64,000 nt of DNA from Epithemia pelagica (taxonomy: Eukaryota > Protista > Bacillariophyta). Below the pieces are notes generated by a model. The model ran no database searches, was not told the origin of the DNA, and saw only the letters and a list, made by a program, of their open reading frames with translations. Positions 33,901 through 47,045 of the stretch are shown piece after piece. The DNA is taken from NCBI GenBank assembly GCA_946965045.2, contig OX337229.1, forward strand, positions 1,736,001-1,800,000. The letters run 5' to 3'. The first letter of the stretch is position 1. Every line of letters starts with the position of its first letter. The translations under genes and the position numbers were made by a program.

Positions 33901-35320
33901 GGCCAGTGAATCGAGCACCAAAGTACGAGAACGCATGATTGAAGCCAAACTTGAGTCGTCTTCCCACAACTTTGTCAATGCAGGGGACGTGGATCGTTTC
34001 ACAACGGGAGAGACCAATGTCAATGGTAGGCGGATCATTAAAAGTCGCTCCGACTTTATTCGTCTTCCGGCGAAACAAGAAAGTGAATCTGTCTTTTTGG
34101 CCACTAACGTTGGTCGCTATCGGCTCAATCGACAACCGACAATGGAGTCAGAAAAGAAGGACACCTGCGACTGGAAGGTGGAGCTGTGGGAGGAAGTACC
34201 AGGGATGGCTATTCCTCGTCCTCCCGAGGGGTGGGATGATTTGGGTGTAGGAGGTGCTGATGTGCAGGGTCGATGGGCATGGGATCACGAAAAGAAATCC
34301 TTTATTGAAGAAGGGGTTGCACGGAGAACAAAGTTGTTTCCTCGGCGTACCTCCATGTTTCGTCAATGTATTGTGGTTAGCAAATTGGCCTTGTTGATTG
34401 TCTTTTCCTGGGTTGCGGCGACCATTGCGACCGCAATTTTACTGCTCGTCCCCCTTGCGGTTGGTAGACTGACGTATGCATTGTTGAAATTATCGGATGA
34501 CTACGTTCATGATCCCTGTTGCTTCGCCTTGGGAAGCTCCGTCGTCTTTCCCGTACTGAGGAGACTCATGGCACTACTCAAAGCGGACAACGGCGTGGCC
34601 ACCCGGCTCGGTCGATGGATCCAAAGTGCTCGGGCGCCTCCGTTGAGCAAGGGCATTCTTGTGGCTATGACAGGTTGTCTTTGGTTCTTCTTCATTCCCC
34701 TTCTGATTGGTGTATTATGTGATATGCTCTTCTTTTGGTCGGATGATCGCTTTGTTGGTCAATGGTTTGCCCATGTCAATGTATTGGCATCGCTGGCCTT
34801 TGGTAGCGTGGTCCTTTATGGTTGGAGTGCCGGTTGTATCAGCGGAGTGTTGACGCGAGATTTCTGGATGGCTATTTTCGTCAACGAAGGTAACAACAAC
34901 AACAACCGCGCCGCCGAAGGCCCTCGAGATATGTCCGATTGGCAAGGAGCACATGGGCGTGTGGCACGATTTTGGGAAATGTGGAATGTGATAGTTCAAG
35001 GTTGGGAATGGGACCAAGTAGACGTTTCCGTCTTGTACAAAGATTGTATCTGGCCCATACTGCGACTCTTGTTGGTGATTTTCGTTGTTCCTGGCATTGT
35101 TTGCATTGCTCCCGCCGGTTGGTTTGTTGAGAATCAGGCCTATCCCATTTCCTTGCTGGTCAAATCGTCGGCCGCAGCCTTGTTTGGTATGCACCTTGGC
35201 ATGTCCTGCGAAGGACAAATCTTAAATTGGTTCAATGCCGTTCATCAAACGGCTCGAGATGATCGATACCTGATTGGACAGTTACTCATGAATTACGAAG
35301 ATACCGACTTCGCAGAATAG
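30943..35320 (+). CDS. MARCHF6: ERAD E3 ubiquitin ligase MARCH6/Doa10, 2 exons
   Basis: Exon 1 MVEEEPECRICRGPAEEG, intron 30996-31173, then HPLFRPCKCSGSIGWTHQDCLQSW...CELC (RING-CH). Many TM helices; ends RDDRYLIGQLLMNY. Confidence 0.9.
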
Positions 35321-35885
35321 AAAGGGCATGTGCGTATGGAAAACACTTTTGCTCATGCGGATAGATGGTCTCGTTGGAAGTGGCGGAAGCACCGCAAAGA
35401 GGACAACGTTTCCAGACGACTCAAGGTTTCCTCTTTTAAAAGGGTCTCTCCCTAGCACGTCAAAACTGTTGTGGTGCCTGTTACCCGGTCTGGTCGCGTT
35501 GGCATTGCATTTGAAATTTGAATGCGAAATGCCATTGGAACATCTCGGTCAGACTGCACAACTGTGCATGAGCCTATGCTACCAAGGACCGTTCTTGATG
35601 GCAGCTATAAAGTAAATTGTAGACGCATACATAAAACTCGCTTTGAGCTGGCCATGGTCTGTGGATTCTATTGACTGCTTTGTTTGTTGGGATGATGATA
35701 GTCACCACAATGAAGGACTGTTTTCACTTCTTTGGTCTCTCATCGTCACTCCTCTAAATAAAGGATTTTGAAGCAAGGGCCAAGATGAAAAGAAGGTTTG
35801 ATCCTCTAGAAAGGCCAACAAAACCTAGCAGTAACAACAACAACAACAACACATCCCGTATTCTATATTGATACGACTATCTTCC

Positions 35886-36920
35886 TTATAAAAAGTAGGG
35901 TACCAATTGTGCTCGATCCTCTCCCTTTGGTCCATGGACACTTTGTACGGTTTCTCGAAAGAATTTGAACCGTTGTGGGATGCCAGGATTGCCTTCCAAT
36001 ACGGAGGGCGATGTCACCATGGGATCTTCCACCAAGGATTGAGTGGTATCGTTGGTCGCTGGCAGGCTACTGTTCGTCGTCTCGTCGTTGCGAATGCCAA
36101 TTTCCAAAATGGCCGCTACATTGCCACATCGATAACAATAATTGGGTGCCGACCATACAGTGACGAGTCGATCGTCAAAATGATATTTCCGTCCCTCCAT
36201 GACCAATTGATGCGCTCGCGCAATGAGTTGTAAATTGTTGACCGCTTGAAATTCGTCCGTGACGCGCTTCCCAAAGAGAAAGCCGGCGCCACGCGGTGAC
36301 ATTTGCCAGGGTGTGGCAATCTCTTCTGGATCGCTCCAGACCAAATCGCAAAAGGCTCCTTCGTGAGGAATTTCTTGATTCCGATCAATGGCCCGTACTT
36401 GATCCAGGGTTCGTACGTCGGGAGACAAACCACCGTGAACACACAAGACTTGCTCGTCAATCAAGGCGGCCAAGCCAAAGGTATCAAAACATTGGACACA
36501 ATGTCGCCAGGGACTGGCGTTCCCGTATTTGCGTAAACATTCATCGTAAAAGCCATAGACTTGAGTGATTTGACGACTTTCGTGGTTGCCACGTAACAAT
36601 GTGACATGGCCAGGATATTTGAGTTTGAGACACAACAAGAGCGACAAGGTTTCGACACTGTTGTGACCCCGATCGACAAAATCACCCAAGAAAATATAAG
36701 ACGTGTCCGGTGGCCAGCCTCCCACATTCAGTAAATTGAGTAAATCAAAAACTTGTCCATGCAAGTCACCAACAATGGTTACCGGAGATACAACTGGCTG
36801 TACATTGGATTCTTCCATTAACAGTTCGGAGACAAATTGACACAGTAATTTCAAGGAATGTTCGGACACAATTTCGCCCTCCCTGAGTGTGGCTATACAG
36901 GCATCCAAATCCAATGGCAT
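35886..36920 (-). CDS. PPP6C: Ser/Thr protein phosphatase 6 catalytic subunit (Sit4-like)
   Basis: [28 protein letters not shown] and C-terminal [12 protein letters not shown] and [12 protein letters not shown] favour PP6 over PP4. Confidence 0.85.
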   Translation of the reverse strand: MPLDLDACIATLREGEIVSEHSLKLLCQFVSELLMEESNVQPVVSPVTIVGDLHGQVFDLLNLLNVGGWPPDTSYIFLGDFVDRGHNSVETLSLLLCLKLKYPGHVTLLRGNHESRQITQVYGFYDECLRKYGNASPWRHCVQCFDTFGLAALIDEQVLCVHGGLSPDVRTLDQVRAIDRNQEIPHEGAFCDLVWSDPEEIATPWQMSPRGAGFLFGKRVTDEFQAVNNLQLIARAHQLVMEGRKYHFDDRLVTVWSAPNYCYRCGNVAAILEIGIRNDETTNSSLPATNDTTQSLVEDPMVTSPSVLEGNPGIPQRFKFFRETVQSVHGPKGEDRAQLVPYFL

Positions 36921-37357
36921 CTTGTTCTTGTTGCTCGATGTCTCTCACTCGTATCCTTCTCTCTCTCTCTCTCTCCTTCTCTCTCTTGCTCCTTTTGATC
37001 CCTTTCTCCATTCACTGGGCGGCTGCTTCTTGTATAGCAACAACAAGACAAGAAGATGTTCTCTTCGTGCGTTGCGACAGAATACAAACACCAAATGACC
37101 CCACCAGAATTGGGGGAAAAGAAACCGCGACCCATTTTATGAATTTCGGGGCATAATTTGGGGGAGGCTGTCAGACTTCAGATTGGGTTATGATTCCAAA
37201 CATCATGGCGATTTGGATCCATTTTCGGAGAATAGATACCATTGCTGTCGTTTGACTTGTGGTCGTTGTGATTGTGTTGATTGGAAGATCGATTTTCTTT
37301 TTCTCGGCATAGTAGCAATCATTCGTGGCTTGGCGCGAGACAGGGATCGATTGAAAC

Positions 37358-38716
37358 ATGCAGGCAGGAGATCAACGATTGATGAAATTGCTCTTGTGGC
37401 AGAGACACCAACGTCTATACCAACAACAGTATGGTCCACAACAACTCTCATATTGGAGGAGAACATGCCATTCTGTGGTTGGAGGAGGAGACGCGACTCC
37501 AGATTTCAGTACCGAACGTCTCTGGTTGTCTCAGCAACAAAGACGAACCATGTCGTCTTTTTCAACGATTGGAAAAGGACAATCTCTACAACAACTGTCA
37601 TATATGGACGGCTGTGGCATGCTACCATTCTCTCGTTCTGGATTTCTTTTGCAGCAACAACCACAATTCCACCATCACCAACAACAGTATCGAGGATATA
37701 TCAGCCGTGCCCACCCCAAACCGCCTCCCATATTTTCTGTGGTGACGGCCTTGGAAAAACTCATGGAGCATGCCGTTGCCCACCAACTCAAACGAAAGAA
37801 ATGGCACGTAAAGAAGAAAGTTGAGCTGCCGTTTCGGTACCGAGACGAAACAGTCGAACTGGCCCTGAATTTGAATTTAGATGTCCGCAAACCGGGTCAA
37901 GCCCTCCGTGGAACGATTCGCATGCCTCATGGAAGTGGCAAGAAAAGCCAGTGCATTGTCTTTAGCAAGGACGAGGACACGGTCAAGGCAGCCTTGGAAA
38001 AAGGGGCCACGGTAGCTGGTGGCGAAGACTTGATTGAAAAGATTGTCAAAGGAGAAGTTCCCATTAAAAAGCTCGAACGTGGATTGGGTACCGCCGAAAT
38101 GACACCCCTCTTGACCCAAAAGGCGGCGCGTATTTTGGGACCCCGTGGTCTCATGCCCAATCTCAAAGTGGGGACCTTGTTTGAATCCGATCAAGACTTG
38201 TTGGACGGACTGGAAACCAAAATCATGGGCAAGGATGTCGTTTACCGGACTGAAACCGATGGGATTGTTCATGTGCCGGTGGGCAAGGTGAGTTTTGGAT
38301 TGCAAAAACTCTTGGAAAATATTGGCGAAGCGGTCAGTGAATTGCATTCCGTCATGCCAGATTCGTTTGGAAAGGGCAAGAAACCCAAGGCGGCGGGAAG
38401 CAAGGGTCACAAGTATATCTTGCGGGCGCATTTATCCTCCACCCAGGGACCGGGCTACAAATTGGATTTGAAAACCATTGATCCCAACAGTAACATGTTT
38501 TTGCAAGATCCGGAAGCTGTCAAGGCAGCCTTTGCGGCCAGCAGTGCCCAGGCAATGGCGGCGGCATCAGCCGCAAACGACGACAGCGACGACAACGACA
38601 ACAAGAACGAAACTGTCGCAACAGATGACAGTGGCGACCAACCAAAAGAGCCAGAAACCGAGAAGACGACGACGACGGCAACATCAACATCAACAACCGC
38701 AAGTACAAGTGACTAA
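37358..38716 (+). CDS. MRPL1: Ribosomal protein uL1, probably mitochondrial
   Basis: DETVELALNLNLD, RGTIRMPHGSGK, ARILGPRGLMPNLKVGT, GIVHVPVGKVSF; long R/S/Q-rich presequence. Confidence 0.88.
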   Translation: MQAGDQRLMKLLLWQRHQRLYQQQYGPQQLSYWRRTCHSVVGGGDATPDFSTERLWLSQQQRRTMSSFSTIGKGQSLQQLSYMDGCGMLPFSRSGFLLQQQPQFHHHQQQYRGYISRAHPKPPPIFSVVTALEKLMEHAVAHQLKRKKWHVKKKVELPFRYRDETVELALNLNLDVRKPGQALRGTIRMPHGSGKKSQCIVFSKDEDTVKAALEKGATVAGGEDLIEKIVKGEVPIKKLERGLGTAEMTPLLTQKAARILGPRGLMPNLKVGTLFESDQDLLDGLETKIMGKDVVYRTETDGIVHVPVGKVSFGLQKLLENIGEAVSELHSVMPDSFGKGKKPKAAGSKGHKYILRAHLSSTQGPGYKLDLKTIDPNSNMFLQDPEAVKAAFAASSAQAMAAASAANDDSDDNDNKNETVATDDSGDQPKEPETEKTTTTATSTSTTASTSD

Positions 38717-39451
38717 GGCCAATGTCGCACGCTCTTGTACATGAAAGAACACTATTGTCATCCTACTCTGGATCACTCAGTTGCAGCGCATCGAGAGATA
38801 CGAATAAACTAAACTATGGTGCTTTGGTGCTTCTAGCAAGCTCCGTAGCTTTGTCGTACTCGTAGCTCGCGATCTGTGAAAGTTCTCCATTACTTCCACG
38901 TGGATCAGTGTTTATGGCTGACGTCATACATGGTGCGACATTCTTCGGATACTAAATGGACATGTACGGTCGCACAAATATGTCTCGCGTCGCTCAGGAC
39001 CGCTGACTGCATCTCCTTTTTCGCCACCTCATCTTTTATTTCTCCGCATCTCATTCATCGAGTCCATCGGACTTCTCGTAGACAAGCTGCCAAGACAACA
39101 ACCTTGGCTGTCTCTGTCTCTTGTTGTGTTTCATTGTTGTCTCCATCTCATTTCTCATTCCCGCCAGAAAACTCCGAAGCACAACTTCAGCGAGACATTC
39201 GTTGGCGGTCTGACGCATGAGTGTGTTTATGAGGACTGAGTGAGCAGTGAGCACACAAGGACCAAACCAGCACAAAGTGAATGCTTCGCACTTCTCATCA
39301 AACACACCAACAACACCACAGCATTTCAACCAATACACGCAGCCAACCCCCTGCTGTGGCACCCGAACAAGTCATCCGCCGAAGCAACTCCAAGGGACAA
39401 ACGAATAACCCAAATTAGGAACATTGATTGAGGCTTGCATATTGAGAAATC

Positions 39452-40930
39452 ATGAAGTACCCTCTTGCCGTAATTCAGTTTGTCTTGACACTGAGAGTAT
39501 CGAATGGACTTTCCACTCTCAGTCCATCGTCACAGATTGTGGGGCAACGAGTGGCGCCATCACGCACTCCCACCCTGTCCGAGTCGTGGCCATCCCAAGC
39601 AGGGATTGAAGAACGATTGGTTTCTTCGCAATGGGACGATGACGAAGAAGCATTATTTGATTTGAACGACTCGGTCACATCCGAGTTTCTGGAACTCCAG
39701 AGATCCACTGGGTCGGATATTATGGACGCTCGACTTCAAAAACAATTGGACAATGTATCGCATCCGAATCAATTTTTGGACCGTCATGTGGAGGATGCGA
39801 CACCCATTGAAAAAATTGCCATGTCCAGTGTCACAGAGCAATTACCCAAGGGCGCCGTAAATGCCCTGTTGGCCGCCAAACCGACTAGCAACCAAAAGTC
39901 TAGCAAGAAAAAGAGAAGTATCAAGGGTCGTGCGAGAACAACGGGGACTGGGACCGAGCCTTCCTTGCAATACGCCAATGTTCGTGTCTGTCCGGAGGAG
40001 GAAATTGAGTTGGCACGCATGATTCAAAGAGGAGCGGCTTTGGAGGCTTCCAAAGAACAAGCCGAAGTAGAAACTGGCTTGCCGATCTCGCGGCAAGAGT
40101 GGGCTGACTTGGTGGGATTGTCGGCCAAGGACTTGCGAAGAGAAATTGCTCAATATCGCCAGGCGAAACATTTACTGGTCAATGCCAACATTGGCTTGGT
40201 AGGAACCGTGGTGAATCAAATCTGGTCCAAAAACAAGAACCGATACATGGGGATCACCAAAGAAGAATTGATTCAAGAAGGTTCTCTTGGTTTGCTTCGA
40301 GCAGCCGAGCTTTTTGATCCCTCCCGAGGATTGCGGTTTTCGACCTATGCTGTAGTCTGGATCAAGGGTGTTCTCTCCAATTCACATGTTCAAGAGTTGG
40401 TCCGTGTACCTGATCGCGAGAGAAGGCGATGGCGAAAAATCCAACAAGCACAGTCCGATTTGGAAAAAGAAGTGGATGCCAAATCCATTACCATTGAAAT
40501 GTTGGCCAAGACGACTGGTCTAAGTCCAGAGGATATCTTGTTTACGCAACGAAAGATGCAACAAGCAAATTCGGTTCTGAGTTTGGATTACGAGCAATCG
40601 TCGCAATCCAGAAGTGGGACCGAGACAACGACCATGAGTACGATTCAAAACGATCGCGCGATGCAAGCGGATGATGATATGGTGGAACGAACACAATTGC
40701 AGGCCGATGTCGTGGCCGCCTTGGCCCGTAACCTGGATGCTCGAGAGGCACGATTGATGCGACTTCGGTATGGGTTGAGTGATGGTGTGACAAGGTCCCT
40801 CATGGAATGTGCCGAAGCCATGGGATTGTCTTATACGCGAGTCAATCAATTGTCGAAACAATGCCTGGAAAAGTTACGTCAAGCGGCAGAAGCGGAATCC
40901 CTGCAAGAGTACTTGCTTACGATTGCATGA
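39452..40930 (+). CDS. Nucleus-encoded plastid RNA polymerase sigma-70 factor
   Basis: Region 2 ELIQEGSLGLLRAAELFDPSRGLRFSTYAVVWIK, region 4 LRYGL...LMECAEAMGLSYTRVNQL; N-terminal signal peptide. Confidence 0.9.
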   Translation: MKYPLAVIQFVLTLRVSNGLSTLSPSSQIVGQRVAPSRTPTLSESWPSQAGIEERLVSSQWDDDEEALFDLNDSVTSEFLELQRSTGSDIMDARLQKQLDNVSHPNQFLDRHVEDATPIEKIAMSSVTEQLPKGAVNALLAAKPTSNQKSSKKKRSIKGRARTTGTGTEPSLQYANVRVCPEEEIELARMIQRGAALEASKEQAEVETGLPISRQEWADLVGLSAKDLRREIAQYRQAKHLLVNANIGLVGTVVNQIWSKNKNRYMGITKEELIQEGSLGLLRAAELFDPSRGLRFSTYAVVWIKGVLSNSHVQELVRVPDRERRRWRKIQQAQSDLEKEVDAKSITIEMLAKTTGLSPEDILFTQRKMQQANSVLSLDYEQSSQSRSGTETTTMSTIQNDRAMQADDDMVERTQLQADVVAALARNLDAREARLMRLRYGLSDGVTRSLMECAEAMGLSYTRVNQLSKQCLEKLRQAAEAESLQEYLLTIA

Positions 40931-41419
40931 GAAAATGACACAACTCGAATGCAAGGTGCCGCTGCTGATCCGTCTCTGGAGGGACGGAGAGGAAAAGCAA
41001 AACAACATAGAACAAAGCTGCCACAAAGAGATAAAGCGGGCGTCTGACATGTACACAAAAGACTTTGAAAAGCGCCCGCAGATCGAGCTACCTTAGAGAA
41101 AAGTCGACAGATGCGCCTAATTGTTAAATAGAAGCAAACTTAATGGAAAACGAAAATATTTCAATTTATCATGTGATTTGTGAAGCAGGGGTCCATTACG
41201 AAGAAAAGCAAAATCCGATGGTTCCGGTGCAGCAAAGTAGTTTCTAGAGATCTTGCATCTACCTCAACACTGCATGGAACAGAATTGTCAACAGAAAACG
41301 TTTTCATTGTGTACAGTTCGTTAACTTGCTCTTAGAGTTGTCCCGTGATGTTCTTACCACCAAAGAAGGTAACCCGCCGACCTGCATCTCTGCCCAGAGT
41401 GCGCACCTCAAATGTTGAC

Positions 41420-44400
41420 TCAAGCAAGGACGGTAGTGGTATTTGCCGTTGCTTCACAAAGTTCGGGACTGAAGGGAGACGTCCCACTGACTTCTATTGT
41501 AGACTCTAGGACGTTGACTACCTCCTCAAACACAAAGAGACGACGCTTTGTTTCATGAACGACACGACTTTCACCCGGCATCAACACACTCCCCAAAACG
41601 CTTTCGTAGGACAGCGAATCGATTTCGGGGAAAATAGTACTTGTTGTCACCACGTTTTCAATTGTCATTGGTACATTTCCTACGTTGGTGATGGAAAATT
41701 TCTGACCAATGTCATATGCGGCGTGAATGGCCCCATAAGTCTCGATTGCAACCACGCGTAAACCACCAATCTGATCTAACATGACAAGTGCATCGCTTTC
41801 GAGGCATGTCAGGCCGTATTGGAGCCTTTGCAACAGTGATCCTCGAGATGAAACGCTGCCTTCCTGTCTCACTTCAAAAATTTCCACAAAGATCTGGGAC
41901 GCTTCTCCATAGACAAAGACGAAAAGAATCTCGTCTCGCCGCACCACTTGATCATGCATCACTGCGTTGAAATCGTTCGTCATGGAGATCCAGACGAATT
42001 CTGGCATCTGGTCTTGACCATCGCGATCGAAACATGCATTGTTTCTACCACGCGTCGTTGATTCGTCGCAACGTTTCCCGTTGTACTGCATTGCGATTGA
42101 CTCCGTCGCTTTTCTTGAGTTTCCACCACATCGTTCAAAGTTTGGAACCGGTAGCAATTCACAGCTCCGTGGATCATCGGGTCCAATGCCTCGGGCTGTA
42201 CACTCTATCTGGGCTTCAACAGTACACACAGATTGGGTTGGTGATTCACTGGGTAGTGTGGAAGGTTGTGCAGAGGAACTGGGAGACACAGAAGGGGACT
42301 CCGATTGAGTTCCGTTTAGGGGGGAACTGGGTGAAATAGAAGGTCCATTAGAAGACCAGTAAAAGTCATCGTCGGTGTATACCCAGGGAGTGGTGACAAC
42401 AGGGTAGTCGAATGTGTAATCAAAGTCGCATGGTTCTCCTGAATCCAAATATGCTTTAACTTCAACTGTTCCGGAGTATCTCTCCCTCGTCAAGTCGAGA
42501 GGAACACGCCCGATGAAAACGTCTTGATAACTATCACTAGTAAGCACCTTGTCTGATAGATTCTCTATGACGTCCATGTCTCGCATGAAGTCGCTTGTGA
42601 CGAATATTTCGGAGATGTTGATGGAAGAACCAAAGTTTTCAATTTCTATCCCAAAACCAATCATACCATAAGTGATATCTGGATTGTACTGGTATGGTGT
42701 ATACTCAAGGGAATAGCAGTCATACGGCTCACAGAAGACCTCACTCACTTGAGCGCTACATCCTGATCTTGTCGGCGAGGGAGTTGGTGGTCCAACAATT
42801 GGTTCTGAAGCAGGTGGATCACTAACTGGCCCATAGTTCAACGTGAAGTCTCCTTGGTCACCGGTGTAACCATGGACTGCGATGAGGTAGATTTTATCCT
42901 TTTCAGCGACCCAGTCTACTCTGCTATGAAAACCATCCACTTCACAGTAACAAAAATTGATACCTGCACACGAAGACTGGTCGTCGTTTGTTCCCATGCA
43001 CTTTGCGAATTCACATGAATCACCCGTCTGTTCGAAAACAGCCAAGCGGGTGTCAAATGTCGTGCCTTCGTCACAGGTGCTGGCGAAGAACTATTCCACA
43101 CAACAAAGCGACATGTGAGAATCTTCGTCATGAAACGAGAGAGCAAAAGAAATAAAAATCATACCTTCCCCTCCACTCCTTCAATTTTGTACCATACCGT
43201 ATCTTCTCGATCCACTGAAAAGAAACTTCCACATAGAAACTCTGTGTCAATTTCACTGAAGGGGAAACGTCCGCCTAATAGGTTTGAACCTTCAACGGAC
43301 GAGAGGTCAGGGTTCAAAGATACGGCCGTCTCACACTTGGCGTTAAATGCACTGTAATAACCTGACAGAATAAAAGATCCTCGCGCATCCCCGTTACCAT
43401 GCACCACAACGCTATAGTCCACTCCAATCTCGGCGTTAAATGAGACCTTACTTTGCAAGTCGCAGTAATCATTGTTACCCGTAACACATTGAAGATCCTC
43501 GCAGTCTCCCTGGAAAACTGATATTTGGCTATCAAAGCCAGTGGTTTCACAAGTAGACAGTTCAACCCGGACTCCAGAGCCGGTCATCTTGAACCATATA
43601 CCAGGACTACTGCCAGAAGTGGCGGTGTCGCATGATGGTTTGTCAGAGGACACAGCTCGACTAGTATCCAAACTGAACGTGAACTCACGAGTAGTGTTTC
43701 GTGTAATTTCCACGGGCGTTTCGCATTGATCGGTACTCGACAGGCTGAAGTCATAAAACGAAGCCTCAACCCCGATTTCTGGCTGCAGTGTATATACATA
43801 AACAAAATAGGGCACATCAAGATCCGAAAGGAAAGTGAAACGGTCACGTATGCGGCATTCCTGGGCTCCCCAATCAAACACTGTTTCATGGAAAGAACGC
43901 TCTTCCTCACATTTGAGATTCCCACATGAACCCTTGACAATCGCAGGAGCTCTAACCTCTCCGGAATTGACACACATGTCGATGGTAGTGTAGAGTCCAT
44001 TCCCAATAAATGAATACCAACGTCCTTTCGGAAGCCGCGACAAAACAATATCGTCGTCAAATTCCACGAGATCATCATCAATACCATTTATTTCCAATAG
44101 TGGTACAAGAGAACATGGAATATCTTCGTCTCGCGTTGCATTAAGGAGGTCTCCAAATTGACGCTCACTATTTGCCTCGATAACCCTGGCCTCATCACAC
44201 AGGTCATTCTTGCGAAAGAAGGATGGACTTGTAGAAGGAACTGCAGTTGGCAAAAAGGATGGAGCAAAAGATGGAGCCAATGAGGGCGCCGGTGAAACAG
44301 TTGGTGCCAAAGATGTTGTCAAACTCGCTTTGCTGGCAACAGAATCGTTTTGCGTCACAACAACTGGTACGACAACAGCGACAGCAATAACCAGCATAAA

Positions 44401-46725
44401 ACCAATGAGGCAGACTAAGAAAGCCATCTGCTTCCTGCGTTTTCTGTCCTCTCCTTCCAGGTCTAGCAGCTCGGCAGAAACAGCTTCCGTGTTCATCTTG
44501 GCCATCATCTCTGCGGCGAGTTGATCTTCATCCACAACAACTGCGCTGATGAGTAGTTCTTCATGTCCGTTGTCGTTCATTGGACCTCTGGATACAATGT
44601 CACCTCTGTTGGCGACCGAGTTGCCCCGTGACAGTGCGGCCTTATTGCCCATACTTTCCACATCGCTCGATCCGTCCGGTTGTTTATCCTTCTTGTCCTC
44701 ATAAAAGTCTGAGTAAGCGTATTCAGCTCCAGGTACAGTGGCAGGGGCGGTACGGGTTCTTTCTTTCTCGTCAAATGCAGTAATAATTGCAGAGCTAAGC
44801 TGATTTTCAAGGGTTGGATGAGTATCGCTTTGGTCAGGGAGACCTAGTGTTTGATTTGCTTCAGTCTGGATTCCAGATTCTCCTTCCACGCCATCAACCG
44901 TTCCTCCTGTAACGTATGTAACACCTGGCATTGCCGATGCGGGGACATTGAAACGAGTCTTGTCGCTAACAGAGCGACTTGTGTTGGATGAAGCAGAAGG
45001 CTCGCTGTTGTGACGAAGGCCAATGGCGGGTTTTGCGAGGTTTCTCCCATCTGGTTTGTCCTTGTCAGTACCCATTGCATCGGCTGAATATCCATAGGGT
45101 TCTACGGCAGCCGGTGCTGAAGCATACCGATGGCGAATGGGCTTCTTCATGTCGGTAAGATTCATGGACTTGAAATTTTCCGTATCCTCGTCTCCTTCTG
45201 CCACAGAATTTTCGGGCGCAACGGCGACAGCACCTGGTCTAGTCGCCGGTGCAGTGTATCTTGCCTTTTGCGGTTGTGCACGTCTAGGTGAAGATGCCAC
45301 TTGCGGCGGTTCCTCTGCACCTAATGTAGTGCTATCTGTTTCTCTGAATCCGTCTCCTGGACTGGTTTCCTGAGCTAACTTGTTTGCGAGTGAGCTATTT
45401 CTAACACTGTCGTCTGTGGTCGTCGCCACCGAGGGTGGCTCGTCTGCAACGCCGTTTCCAGGCACGGAAACGGCACCCGGTTTACTCGCAGGAAAGGAGG
45501 CATAGCGTGCACCTTTCCCGGTTGATGATTGAGGTGTTTGGGGATACGATGTGGCAGTTGCTGTTGGTTCAACCGGCGATGTAGGGTAAGTAACCGAAAC
45601 TGCTCCCGGTTTCACGGCTGGAGCCATGTAATGTGACTTTTCTGAGCGTGCAGTTGACGGGGAGGCAATGCATGGTGCATCGGGTTCTCCCACTGAAACG
45701 GCCCCAGGTTTTGTCGCTGAAGCTCTATTGCGGGTCTTTTCCTGGCGTGAAATGGATGGAGGGTCGGTTCTGAGCGCATCAGGTTCTTTCACTGAAACGG
45801 CTCCAGGTTTTGTGGCTGGAGCAACCATATAGCGGGTCTTTTCCTGGTGTGAAGTGGATAAAGGGATGATTCTGGGTGCATCGGGTTCTTCCACGGTAAC
45901 CGCTCCAGGTTTTGTCGCAGAAGCGGAATATCGTGACTTTTGCGGAAAAGAAGTTGCTGAAGACGGCTCTTGTATAGATGATGATGTACTGGAGACTGAA
46001 AAAGCACCGGGTTTCACAGCCGGTTCACCCGGTCGTACCTTTACTTCCGAGTCGTTTGGCGATGACGAAGGAGATGACTTTTCGGACTTTACGGTAGCAA
46101 GGCCGCCCATCTCGACTGAGTTTGATGGTTTCCTGGCTGGAGCGCCGTAGCGTGCCCTTTCTGGTTGAGAAGTGGAGGGAGAAGCAATTCTTGGTGCCTG
46201 TGGCTCGGAAGCAGTCTGTGACACCGAATAGGCACCTGGTTTCGTGGCTGGTCCCCAGTATCGTGCCTTCTCTCTGGAATCCTCATTAGGCCCCGAAGAT
46301 ACTCTTGCCTTTTCCGGATGATCCGGAGGAGGAGATTTCATGCCTTCCGCCGGAGCCGAAGCATTACTAGATGGCGCCGACGGTTGATTAGATTTTGGAT
46401 CTCCACCAACTCTTGATTCAGCAGAGCTAGACAAAGCTTCAGATCCTCCATTTACGTGACCTCGAGTATCATGTTTCGAGAGCTTTTCCTCTCCTGTCAG
46501 TCGGACGTTGATTCGCTTCCGCAACGCTTCATCATGGTCATCCTTCTCGGATTTGGTGGTGGCCGCTCCTTGCATGGGCGACGAGCTGGTGGAATTGTGG
46601 GTCTTTTTCACGATTTTCGCTGCACCATCGTCACCACCTGAACTGGTTCCAGACACAATGTGTTCTATCTCCTGTTTCTCTTCATCCTCATGTGCAGAAT
46701 CCGCAAACGATTTTCCATGCTCCAT
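41420..46725 (-). CDS. ~1743-aa type II membrane protein: cytosolic PGA repeats, one TM, P/S stalks, Cys-rich extracellular repeats; 2 exons
   Basis: ORFs 43159-46725 and 41420-43045 join in frame via a 74-bp GT-AG intron at 43091-43164 (EGK|FFASTCDEG). TM MAFLVCLIGFMLVIAVAVVVPVVVT. Confidence 0.75.
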
Positions 46726-47045
46726 TGTGGACTACAATAAGATATATCTGTGAACGAGTGGCGAGGTGCGTGCCACTTTTTTCGAAACAACACCCAACAA
46801 CAAATTTTTGGTGAGGAAAAATTGGAAAAAATTTTGCCTTCGGCAAACGGAAGTACAATACCGCATTGGGCGCATTGTGTACGCGCAAGACGCCCTCGAT
46901 CATGTCCCCCCACCAAAAGTCCCAAACGCTGCATGAAATCTTCGAATCCACTCCCCAGAGTGGGTGTTAGACGGTGTAATTTCTGTGATACTATGAAGTA
47001 TAAAGTACAATAGTCGTCCCACGTAAAAAAAAGTTACAGTCTATT

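Noticed and set aside
23922-40930. Functional cluster of organelle-related genes (ChlH2, uL1m, sigma factor)
   Set aside because: They are interspersed with unrelated housekeeping genes, and no shared regulatory motif was seen.
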